The notes under the pieces: generated by a model
What the model was told of the DNA's origin: nothing
Database searches by the model: none
What the model saw: only the letters and a program-made list of their open reading frames with translations
Source: Betaproteobacteria bacterium RIFCSPLOWO2_02_FULL_63_19
GTDB lineage: Bacteria; Pseudomonadota; Gammaproteobacteria; Burkholderiales; SG8-39
Length of the DNA stretch: 64,000 nt
Assembly (NCBI GenBank): GCA_001770415.1
Contig: MEQX01000069.1
Coordinates: 9,185-73,184, forward strand
Reading direction: 5' to 3'
Program-made: the position numbers and the translations under genes
In this document: in pieces, positions 30,955 to 39,801 of the stretch
Position numbering within the stretch: position 1 is the first letter of the stretch
Layout of the letters: every line of letters starts with the position of its first letter

Positions 30955-31944
30955 ATGCGAAAACACGACGACGCTTTGATCCTCGCGGCAATTCTTGACG
31001 GCGCGGGTGGTGCGCGCGAACTGCGCTGGGATGATATCGACTGCTGGCGCGTTGAGGACGGGGTGCTCTGGCTGCACTTTTACCTCGACGAGCCGCAAGC
31101 ACAAGAATGGCTGGTTCAGCGCAGCGGGCTGGACCCGATCGTGTGCAACGCGCTGCTCATGCCTGAAACGCGGCCTCGCGCTGTCGTCATCGGCGATGGC
31201 CTGTTGTTGATGTTACGCGGAGTGAACCTCAATCCCGGCGCGGAGCCCGAGGACATGGTCTCGGTGCGCGTCTGGGCTGACGCGCAGCGGGTCATTACCG
31301 TTCGGCGGCGCAAGCTGATGGGCATGCAGGATCTGATCGATGACTTCGCCGTGCAGGCCGGTCCCCGCAACGCGGCGGAGTTCGTGGTGAAACTCTCCGA
31401 GCACATCACGACACGAATGGCGCCGGTGATTGCGCAAATCCACGAGAATCTCGATTCGATCGAGGAGGAGGTTCTTACGCGACGGGACGCGGAGATCCGC
31501 GGTCGGCTTTCGGAGATCCGCCGGCGCGTCATTCGCCTGCGCCGGTTCATCGGTCCGCAGCGCGACACACTCACGCAGATGGTGCGCGAGCGCTTGACGT
31601 GGTTCGGTCCCGACGATATGACGGCCATGCGGGAGGTCGCTTTCGCGATCACGCGCCATCTCGAGGACCTGGACGTCGCGCGCGAGCAGGCCATCGTCAC
31701 GCACGACGAACTGACGGCGTACGTCGGAGAGCAGCTGGGGCGCACGATGTATTTTCTTGCGCTGGTAACGACGTTCTTCCTGCCGATCACGTTCCTCACC
31801 GGGCTGCTGGGCATGAACATTGGCGGGTTGCCTGGAGTGCCTGCGGAGCAGCATCCAGATGCGTTTGCACTGACGATAGCAGCCATGGTCGCGATCATCG
31901 GATTTCAGCTTTGGATCTTCCGGCGCTGGCACTTGATGAAATGA
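30955..31944 (+). CDS. zntB: Zinc transporter ZntB (CorA family)
   Basis: WLH, ETRPR, LRGVNLNPGAEPEDMVSVRVW, FLTGLLGMNIGG. Confidence 0.92.
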   Translation: MRKHDDALILAAILDGAGGARELRWDDIDCWRVEDGVLWLHFYLDEPQAQEWLVQRSGLDPIVCNALLMPETRPRAVVIGDGLLLMLRGVNLNPGAEPEDMVSVRVWADAQRVITVRRRKLMGMQDLIDDFAVQAGPRNAAEFVVKLSEHITTRMAPVIAQIHENLDSIEEEVLTRRDAEIRGRLSEIRRRVIRLRRFIGPQRDTLTQMVRERLTWFGPDDMTAMREVAFAITRHLEDLDVAREQAIVTHDELTAYVGEQLGRTMYFLALVTTFFLPITFLTGLLGMNIGGLPGVPAEQHPDAFALTIAAMVAIIGFQLWIFRRWHLMK

Positions 31945-31995
31945 CGCGCAGGAAGATTCATGAAGCGGCATTCGGCCCGACGCGGCGCCGGTGTG

Positions 31996-32367
31996 TTACG
32001 CCCCGCGCACGCGGTCCAGCATGGCGGGCGGATCTGAAGGCTCGCTGTCGGCGCGCCACGCGACGTGACCGTCGGGGCGGACCAGGACCAGGCGGCGTTC
32101 ATAGACCTCGGCTGCTTCGGACTCGGTCACTGTGACGACATCGAGCGGGTAGTCGGCCGGGAACGGACAGCTATCGACATCTGCCGTGATTCCCCAGCGC
32201 CGGCAGAATTCCATCGAGCGGATGTTGACTTCGTTCATCTTCGGCGTGCCGACGACGCCGTCGCCTTGCTCTACGAGAAGGCAGGAGACGCCGCGCCAGC
32301 CGAGGTCGCAGGCGAGCGCGAGTCCGACCGGGCCGCCGCCGACGATAAGGACCGGAATGTCAGTCAT
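31996..32367 (-). pseudogene. FAD-dependent monooxygenase remnant with a large in-frame internal deletion
   Basis: N-terminal PVLIVGGGPVGL...RSMEFCRRWG is joined directly to the C-terminal LVLVRPDGHVAWR; only 123 aa. Confidence 0.85.
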
Positions 32368-32545
32368 GATCGATGCGTTGCTTGCGGGTCGTCTGCACGT
32401 TGATCTGCCACCACGCTGGCGATGGAGCACGGATGGAAGTCCGCCATCGCATGCCCGGTCGCGTGTGTTCGGGCAGTCCAGCATGCATAATACTGCGCGA
32501 AGCGGCGTGGTGTTACCGGACAACGAACCAACGAAGGGAAAAACG

Positions 32546-33010
32546 ATGCCGAATATCGCTGTAACGCTCAGACAGGAAATAACGCGGCTTGCCCGCAAGG
32601 AAATCAAACGGGAAGCCCGGGTGTTGCGCAAAGCATCGGCACAATACCGAAGACTCATCGCTGAGCTGAGACGCGAGACCAGGCGCCTGCGGTCGGATGT
32701 TCTCCGCTTCGCGCTGCAGGCCGGCAGAGATGCGCCACCGGGCGCTCTCGATGCGGATTCAAAGCGAGTCCGCTTTTCCGCAAAGAGCGTGACTGCGCAG
32801 CGCAAACGCCTGGGGCTCTCGGCCGCAGACTACGGCAAGCTCGTCGGCGTGACCGGCCACACGATCTATAAATGGGAGCACGGCGCGTCGCGCCCGCGTC
32901 GGGCGCAGATCAACGCGCTGGCGTCGTTTCGTACGCTGGGCAAGAGGGAAGCTGTCGCGCGGCTTGAACGGATCAACGCTCCGAAGAAAAGGCGAAAGGG
33001 CGGGCGATAA
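32546..33010 (+). CDS. XRE-type helix-turn-helix protein
   Basis: MPNIA..LR.EI.RLARKE coiled coil; RKRLGLSAADYGKLVGV...TIYKWE.G. Confidence 0.88.
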   Translation: MPNIAVTLRQEITRLARKEIKREARVLRKASAQYRRLIAELRRETRRLRSDVLRFALQAGRDAPPGALDADSKRVRFSAKSVTAQRKRLGLSAADYGKLVGVTGHTIYKWEHGASRPRRAQINALASFRTLGKREAVARLERINAPKKRRKGGR

Positions 33011-33027
33011 GAAGCGTCGGAAGCGCG

Positions 33028-34320
33028 ATGCGGAAAGCTGTGCGAATGAACGGCACCGTGGTTTCCGGCACCGCCGGACCGACTGTTCGAGAACGTCGCA
33101 GGTTCCGGGCCAGATTCGTCGCCGGTTACGCGCTTAGCTATGTGACCGACACCATATTGCTGTTCCAGTTCGTCTCGATTGGGACGATCGCGATTTGGGT
33201 GCCGATCGCGTACTTCGCCGCGGGAATAACCATAGGCGCCGTCTTCGGTGCGCTTGTACTGTTTGGTATCAGAGAGAGCGGGAAAGACCCCTACTTCAGC
33301 ATCTGGCAGGTATTCGTATCGGGCGCAGCCATGCTGGTGTTTCTCGCGCTCGCCCCCGAGCTGGGAGGGCTCTTCCTGTGCAATCTGATTCTCGTTTTCG
33401 GATTCGGCGGTTTGCGAATGTCCTGGCGCGAAGCGCTTTTGTCCTTCGGGCTCATTGCGCTGGGTACGGGCCTGATCTTGTATCACGCGTCCGAAGTCTC
33501 CTTGTTGCCGTATTCGACGCCGTTCGAGAGAGCACTGGTCTGGATAGGATTCGTGCTGATTCTGGGCAAAGTGGTCGCCCTCGGACTGGTCGGAAGTTCA
33601 TTGCGGCTTCGGGCGGTGAGGGCCTATCGTGACTCCAAGGCATTGAATGCCGCCCTTCAAGCGCGGACGTCGGAACTTGTTGATGCAGAGGAACACCTGA
33701 GAGCGTCGATTCGCGGCAAGGAGCTGTTGCTGCGTGAGGTACACCACGCCGTCAAGAACAACCTTCAGATAGTCGCAAGCATGCTGCAGCTCGGGGCCGA
33801 GTCGGCAACGAACGAGACGGTGGTTTCGACACTGAATGCGAGTTGCGATCGGGTCCTGGCCATCGGGCTTGTGCACGAACAAGCCTACGGCGAGGAGAAT
33901 CTGGCGGCGGTGGACTTGCGCCGCTACCTGGAGTCGTTGACGGAGAACCTGGGGCGATCGCTGCAGCCCGACGGCAACGTGGTGGCGCTTCAGACGGCCC
34001 TGGAGGACATGACGCTGGGCGCGGATCGCGTGGTCCCCCTGGGGCTGATCGTCAACGAGCTGGTCACCAATGCTTTCAAGCATGCGTTCCCGGAACAGCG
34101 GAACGGAACCATCCTTGTCTCGCTGCATCGCCGGGCTGACGGGATGGCAGAACTTGTCGTCGAAGATGATGGCGTAGGATTGCCGGCGGGCGTAGATTGG
34201 CGCAGCCTGCCGACCGTGGGGCTGGGCCTGGTCAACGGTTTGGCGAGGCAGTTGGGCGCCGAAATCTCGCTCGATGGCCGGGAGCGAACACGATTCTGCG
34301 TGCGCTTCAGGGAAACCTAG
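33028..34320 (+). CDS. Membrane sensor histidine kinase (HisKA_2 type)
   Basis: About 6 TM helices; LLREVHHAVKNNLQ, LIVNELVTNAFKHAF, DDGVG, GLGLV. Confidence 0.9.
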   Translation: MRKAVRMNGTVVSGTAGPTVRERRRFRARFVAGYALSYVTDTILLFQFVSIGTIAIWVPIAYFAAGITIGAVFGALVLFGIRESGKDPYFSIWQVFVSGAAMLVFLALAPELGGLFLCNLILVFGFGGLRMSWREALLSFGLIALGTGLILYHASEVSLLPYSTPFERALVWIGFVLILGKVVALGLVGSSLRLRAVRAYRDSKALNAALQARTSELVDAEEHLRASIRGKELLLREVHHAVKNNLQIVASMLQLGAESATNETVVSTLNASCDRVLAIGLVHEQAYGEENLAAVDLRRYLESLTENLGRSLQPDGNVVALQTALEDMTLGADRVVPLGLIVNELVTNAFKHAFPEQRNGTILVSLHRRADGMAELVVEDDGVGLPAGVDWRSLPTVGLGLVNGLARQLGAEISLDGRERTRFCVRFRET

Positions 34321-34321
34321 C

Positions 34322-35389
34322 ATGGCGAAGATACTGATTGCGGAGGATGAATACGTCATCGCGAAGGGAATCCAGTCCAAGCTGGAGAGCTGGGGGCACG
34401 AGGTGGCCGGGATTGCTGCGTCCGGAGAGCAGGCGATACGCGACGCGAATATCGATACGCCTGATCTGGTGCTGATGGACATAATGCTGAAGGGCGAAAT
34501 GAACGGAATCGCCGCGGCAGCCAGGATCCGCGAACGGGCCGGCATCCCCGTCATTTATGTGACCGCGTATGGAAGTGACGAATCGGTGCGCGAAGCCGCG
34601 CTCACCAATCCTTACGGGTTCATCGTCAAGCCCTTCAACGATGAAACGCTACGCAATGCCATCAACAGCGGTTTGCTGAAAAAAGAATGCGAGCAAGCGC
34701 GTGATCTTCTTGTAAGGCGCCTGGAGTCGTATTCCGGACGGCTGCTTACTGCCAAAGGAATCGAGCGTAGGCGCATCGCCTATGGACTGCACGAGGAGAT
34801 GGCCCGCATCTTGGCGGCGCTGAACATGCGAAGATCGTCGTTGAGGACAACGGGTGGAACGAACGCAGCGGCGCCATTGCGGACGATGGCGACGCTGCTC
34901 ACGGAGCAAACCGCGGAGCAGGCGCACCGCATGGTCCGGGAGCTGTGTCCGGTACAACTGGAGAACCTGGAGCTGTCCGTCGTGCTGCGACTGTACGCCG
35001 CAGCACAGGCCGAGCTGGCAGGCTGGAAGGTCCATATCGACGCCCGTGAAGAAGGCAGACGAGCGCCGCCCAACGTTGAAATCGCCTGTTTCTATGTGTT
35101 TCAGGAGGCGCTGGTCAATATCCTGTGTCATGCCAATGCAACCGATGTCGGGATCGTGCTGCGACGCAACGCCGAGGAACTGGATCTCAAGATAACCGAC
35201 AATGGTCCCGGCTTCGACCTCCAGAGCGCGCGGCGGAAGGCGGGAGGCAGGACAAACGGGCTGCTCGACATGGAGCGGCGGGTGAAATACGCCGGTGGGC
35301 GGCTGGAAATAAGTTCCGCCCCGGGCACCGGAACCCGGATAAGGGCGTATTTTTGGTTGCAGATTGCCGCACCGCGAAGACCGCGCTGA
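34322..35389 (+). CDS. Receiver domain fused to a HisKA_3-type histidine kinase
   Basis: ILIAEDE...PDLVLMDI...KPF; ERRRIAYGLHE, QEALVN...HA, DNGPGF, PGTGT. Confidence 0.88.
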   Translation: MAKILIAEDEYVIAKGIQSKLESWGHEVAGIAASGEQAIRDANIDTPDLVLMDIMLKGEMNGIAAAARIRERAGIPVIYVTAYGSDESVREAALTNPYGFIVKPFNDETLRNAINSGLLKKECEQARDLLVRRLESYSGRLLTAKGIERRRIAYGLHEEMARILAALNMRRSSLRTTGGTNAAAPLRTMATLLTEQTAEQAHRMVRELCPVQLENLELSVVLRLYAAAQAELAGWKVHIDAREEGRRAPPNVEIACFYVFQEALVNILCHANATDVGIVLRRNAEELDLKITDNGPGFDLQSARRKAGGRTNGLLDMERRVKYAGGRLEISSAPGTGTRIRAYFWLQIAAPRRPR

Positions 35390-35490
35390 TTTCGGACGGC
35401 CATCATCGTCGAAGGATTATCGCGCGCCAACCGCCCGGAACCCGCACCTCGGTCGCAATGCGTATGCTGGTGTCTTGGATATCGGGCGTG

Positions 35491-36258
35491 CTACTGGCAG
35501 CCCGAGGTCGCAAGCCAGGTCGATAGCGGACCCAGGTCAAGCAGTTCATTGGCGGAAATCGGTCCCAGATAGTAGACGTGGTTATCGACCGACGACGTAC
35601 CCACGTAGGCATTGGTCTGCGTGTAATGTCGGTAATAGTAGTCCGCGGAGTTGTACGCGGTGGTAGCGGACGCGGCAGGAGGCGCGAGCAATTCCGGGTA
35701 GGTGCTTTCGGCCCAGTTGAACAGGCAATCGACATTGCTCATGCCGGTCCCGGGGGTCGAGCGTTCGTAGGAGAATCCGGTCCCGCTGGCCGGCCGCACG
35801 GACCAGGACAGGAATTTGATGTCGAGGTAGATGTCGTCGGTTTTCAGGTGCAACACCGCGTTGACCCCGACCGTGGCCGGAGGGCCGGGGGGGGATCCGA
35901 CGCTCTTGGCCCAGGTTTCCCAATTGGTGTAGGTGAGCGAGGCGTAGTTCGCCGTGGTGCCGGTGGCCCACTCGGTGTCGGCCGGGCTGAGGTTATGGCT
36001 GAAGGAGTTTTCCCGCGCGGCGTTGTAGAGACCTTGGCTGCCCCCGCGGGTCAGCCAGACGTTGGAGGTCAGTCGATCCTGATTGGCCGCCTGTTTCGAA
36101 TCGGTGCCGTCGGCCTTCGTGAAGACCACCCGCGGACCGGTCCACACCGTGGCCGCCTGCGTGGCGAGCGGCGCTCCCAGGCAGAGCACCAACAGCCAGA
36201 CAGGGATTCGCACCGCGTGCCGCCGGACCGGCCGCGAACGTCGGGCAAGGAAAGTCAT
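35491..36258 (-). CDS. Secreted two-domain protein
   Basis: Signal peptide ending ATQA; WTGP..VFTK...QDRLT..VWLTRG domain; C-terminal DCLFNWAE..YP...YYRHY domain. Confidence 0.8.
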   Translation of the reverse strand: MTFLARRSRPVRRHAVRIPVWLLVLCLGAPLATQAATVWTGPRVVFTKADGTDSKQAANQDRLTSNVWLTRGGSQGLYNAARENSFSHNLSPADTEWATGTTANYASLTYTNWETWAKSVGSPPGPPATVGVNAVLHLKTDDIYLDIKFLSWSVRPASGTGFSYERSTPGTGMSNVDCLFNWAESTYPELLAPPAASATTAYNSADYYYRHYTQTNAYVGTSSVDNHVYYLGPISANELLDLGPLSTWLATSGCQ

Positions 36259-36416
36259 GGTCGTCCCCCTTTGGCACTGAACTGACAGGCAAACAGTTCC
36301 TTGGACGAATTATTCCGTCGTATGCGCTCCATCGACAGCGATGTCGGCGCTGTCCGGCGAGCGTCGCGCAAGTCCGTCCGGAAGCTGAAAGCCGCGAGGG
36401 TCGAGCCGCATGCCGC

Positions 36417-39400
36417 TCAGGGCGTGCTGGGCACCCATTCGCTGATCGAGGGTTCGGTAAGGGCTCCGACCGGTGTGAGCTTTTCGTAGTTCAGGCTGTA
36501 GACATTGCGGAACAGATCGACGGTGAGTTTTCCGGCGTTGATCCCGCTGGTGCTGCTGACGTAATTGCCCTGCGGGCCGTAGATGTCCAGCGTGTAGACG
36601 TTGGAGGAATTCACCCACAGAACGTAGATGTACCCCACGAACTCCATCTGCACGTCGAGGAACGTCGCGCCTGTGCTCGCCGCGCGCAAGGGCATGATCG
36701 ATGAACCGTTGTTCGAGAAGATGCGCACCGGATTGGCGCCGGTGTCGAACGCCTGAATCCGGTTGTTGGTCTGCTCGATCACCAGAATTTCGCCTCTGGG
36801 CGTGACCGCCATGCAGGCCGGCCCCTTCAGCAGGCCCTCGCGGGTGCCCGGGCCGGCATAGGCCTGGGCGAGCGGCGCCGCGCTGTCCGCGACGGGGGTT
36901 GACGCGGGAACCAGCACCTCGAATTTCGCCAGTGCCGTATTGATGCTGATGAGCTTGCCGGTGGGATGGATCAGGAACGCGTCAGAGGCGAAGTTGAATT
37001 TGCCCACGGCAAGATTCGAATTGGGCAGGTCGATCGCCGGCGGCACGTCCACCTTGCTCAGCGTAATGCGTCGCACGATATTGCTGCCGCCGGAAGTATC
37101 GATGTAGAAATTCCGGCTGGTCGGGCTCGATCGGCTGTAGGCAAGCCGCGCCGGCGTGAGAAAGCCGCCGCCCGAGGTCTTGTAGCCGCTCTCGGGCGTC
37201 GCGGTAAACGATAGATTCGCGAACTGATACAACTGGCCGCCTGCCCCGGAGGCGAAATCGGTCACCCCCGCGCTCGAGGCCTTCCACGCGTAGCCGATCG
37301 CACCGAACGGCTCGCTCAACGTGATGCCGACCAACTCGCACAGGTTACCCGGGGCGTTGGCGCAGACAGCGGGTTGCACCGTCGGTGCCGTCGGAGTCGC
37401 CTGCCAGACATGCTTGCCCGAGCCGTCTAGAACGATTTTCTGCTTGTGTCCGTAGGTGGTATTGCTCGTGAGCGGCACTCGGGATTCCGTGATCGTGATC
37501 GAAGCCGTGTCGACAGTGTTGTCGATCGGACCCGTGGTCCCGGTTCCTGCAAGCCAGCCATCGTTCGAGTAGAAGCACACCGACACGTTGACCTTGCCGC
37601 CGAGTGGTATTCCTTTGAACGCATGGCTGAGCGGTGCGGTCGTTGTCCCCGCCGGCATCGGGATGATGCCGGAGTCGCGCGGCGAACTGCCGTCGCAAAC
37701 CGCCGCGAGCCGGTAATGCGTCGCGGTCGCGGGAAATCCCGCCACATCGAGCGGATCGTGGCTGATGCTGACGGTCAGATCATGCGTCGAACTCACTTCC
37801 GTCACGTAGGTCCACGGGGATTGGGCAACCTCGGCACTGGTCTCGGCGATCGTCGCAATCAGTCCCAGGGCGGCGACGGCCTGCAGCGCCACGCCTATGC
37901 CGAAGGGCAGCGTGTCCTCCGCGACGCCTTCGGCCTCGCCTGCCGCGAGGCTTGCCTGGACTTCGGCCCAGAATGCCGGCGCGGCTTTGACCATCGTGAA
38001 GAACACCGGCGCGCCGAGCGTCTTGAACACGGCGGGATCATTGTAGAAGCCGGCCAGCGCGGTATCGACGATCGCCTGCATGAATATCTGCGCGGTGCCG
38101 ATCAGTAGTTTGGTCGCGGTGGTCATCTTGGCGGCAAATGCCGGAAACGCGGCCGTTGCCGCCAGCGCGAGAAACAGCCCCGGAAGTGCAAGGTCGACGA
38201 CCACGGTCATCACCTCGCCGGGGCGCGTCGTTTCGGGATAGCTGTTGGTTCCGCTCCCCAGACCGCCCGACAGAATCTGAATCGACGCCGCGCTTTCGGG
38301 CACCCGTACGGTGAATGACCAGTGGTTCTCCGCCACAACCGGTATTTCCGGAAACGGTATTCCCATGACTGCGAACGGTTGGTTCAGCAATGTCAGAAAA
38401 CCGTCGTAGGTTCCGTTGAAGCCGGTCGAAAACTGCCCGTGGATGTCGGCGGGCAGCTCCGCGAGCGCGATGGGCCTGCCGTCGCCGTCGAGAAAGCGGA
38501 CATAGAGTCCCAGATAACGCAGCCACGTGTTGTAAACGGTGAAGCTGAGCGTGCGCGAGAGCGCGTTGGTCGCAGTGTCGAGGCTCGATGTCCCCGTGAC
38601 ATCGGTGACGCGGTACCCGTTGCCCGAGGACAGATCGCGTGGCGTCCAGGTCACGCCAGGTGGCGACGCCGCGAACGACGCCGGGCGCGCGCTGGGCGTC
38701 GCGACGGATGCGGGCGGCGCGGCGCTGTTGACGACCCATAGCTTGCCTTTCAGCACCTGATTGTCCCGGGTATTGGTTTGCATGCCGGCAACGTTCCCGC
38801 CGAGCACCGGGTCATTCTTGATCTTGGGCAGAATGCTTTGGATCGCGGCACCGGTGAGGCGCAGGGTTTCCTCGGAGTGGTGGGTGAAATACAGCTTGTG
38901 GCCATTGGACGCGAGCTTGGGCTGGCCGGTGTCGGGGTCGATGCACGGGACCTGCGTGGCCCAGCCGCCTGTCTCCGTGGCCGGACCCTGGCGGTACAGC
39001 GACTGCGCCAGCGCGAGGATGTTGGCGTCGGCGCAGACGATGACCTGCTGCACGTAGCTCAGCGTGGCCGCATCGAACGAACAGATCTCGGGATGGTTGC
39101 AGACCAGCGACACGGCGTGATCAAAATAGCTCTTGTAGCGCAGGTAGATGCCGCCCGCGCAGTATCCGCCGGACGTTGTCGGGAGTTCCCGCTGCCGCAT
39201 TGCCGGCGCCGCTGGGCCCACGCAGGTACTGAACTCTCCGAGGAACGTACCGTCGCCGGCGCTCGCGCAGGATATCGCCAGCGCCTGGCTTACATTCGCG
39301 GCAGCGGTTGAAGGCACGTGGTAGAACATGCCGTGCATCGACCAAGCGGTTGCGCTTCCCGCTTTGGGCATTCCTTTCACGTACAGCAGCTGCGGGCCGT

Positions 39401-39746
39401 TCGCTGGCAGTGGGATGTTCTGCGCGCCGTGGGTGATGTTCGCGTCGCTGATCTGGGCGAGTCCCGGTTCAGCCGACTTCAGCGCCGCGAGCTGTGCATC
39501 GGTGATGGCCGATACCGGATGATGCTTCGTGCCCGCCACCAGAAAGAAGTTCGTGTTCGGGTCGGCGTTGGAAAGGTCGAAATAGTAGTCGCGCCACTCG
39601 GCGCTGGTCTCGGCCCGCGGATCGCTGCCGATGATGCCGCAGCTCGCGAGCCACGGACCGACGCCGGCGATCAGGCCGGTGCCTGCGGCCTGCTTGAGGA
39701 AACGCCGGCGCTGCGGCCTGTAAGGATCGTTCCGGTTCCGCATCAT
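36417..39746 (-). CDS. Large Tat-exported lipoprotein (1109 aa) with a hydrophobic helical core and a C-terminal NHL-type propeller
   Basis: GGAGG RBS; QRRRFLK Tat motif and WLASC lipobox; PACMAVTPRGEILVIEQTNNRIQAFD NHL repeat. Confidence 0.85.
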   Translation of the reverse strand: MMRNRNDPYRPQRRRFLKQAAGTGLIAGVGPWLASCGIIGSDPRAETSAEWRDYYFDLSNADPNTNFFLVAGTKHHPVSAITDAQLAALKSAEPGLAQISDANITHGAQNIPLPANGPQLLYVKGMPKAGSATAWSMHGMFYHVPSTAAANVSQALAISCASAGDGTFLGEFSTCVGPAAPAMRQRELPTTSGGYCAGGIYLRYKSYFDHAVSLVCNHPEICSFDAATLSYVQQVIVCADANILALAQSLYRQGPATETGGWATQVPCIDPDTGQPKLASNGHKLYFTHHSEETLRLTGAAIQSILPKIKNDPVLGGNVAGMQTNTRDNQVLKGKLWVVNSAAPPASVATPSARPASFAASPPGVTWTPRDLSSGNGYRVTDVTGTSSLDTATNALSRTLSFTVYNTWLRYLGLYVRFLDGDGRPIALAELPADIHGQFSTGFNGTYDGFLTLLNQPFAVMGIPFPEIPVVAENHWSFTVRVPESAASIQILSGGLGSGTNSYPETTRPGEVMTVVVDLALPGLFLALAATAAFPAFAAKMTTATKLLIGTAQIFMQAIVDTALAGFYNDPAVFKTLGAPVFFTMVKAAPAFWAEVQASLAAGEAEGVAEDTLPFGIGVALQAVAALGLIATIAETSAEVAQSPWTYVTEVSSTHDLTVSISHDPLDVAGFPATATHYRLAAVCDGSSPRDSGIIPMPAGTTTAPLSHAFKGIPLGGKVNVSVCFYSNDGWLAGTGTTGPIDNTVDTASITITESRVPLTSNTTYGHKQKIVLDGSGKHVWQATPTAPTVQPAVCANAPGNLCELVGITLSEPFGAIGYAWKASSAGVTDFASGAGGQLYQFANLSFTATPESGYKTSGGGFLTPARLAYSRSSPTSRNFYIDTSGGSNIVRRITLSKVDVPPAIDLPNSNLAVGKFNFASDAFLIHPTGKLISINTALAKFEVLVPASTPVADSAAPLAQAYAGPGTREGLLKGPACMAVTPRGEILVIEQTNNRIQAFDTGANPVRIFSNNGSSIMPLRAASTGATFLDVQMEFVGYIYVLWVNSSNVYTLDIYGPQGNYVSSTSGINAGKLTVDLFRNVYSLNYEKLTPVGALTEPSISEWVPSTP

Positions 39747-39801
39747 GTCTTCCCTCCGTTTCGCACAGCGTTTCCCATTGATCGCGCCTCGCGGTCGGCT
39801 T

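Noticed and set aside
22900-33010. Run of small unrelated genes as an integron cassette array
   Set aside because: Orientations are mixed, and I saw no repeated attC-like element and no integrase.
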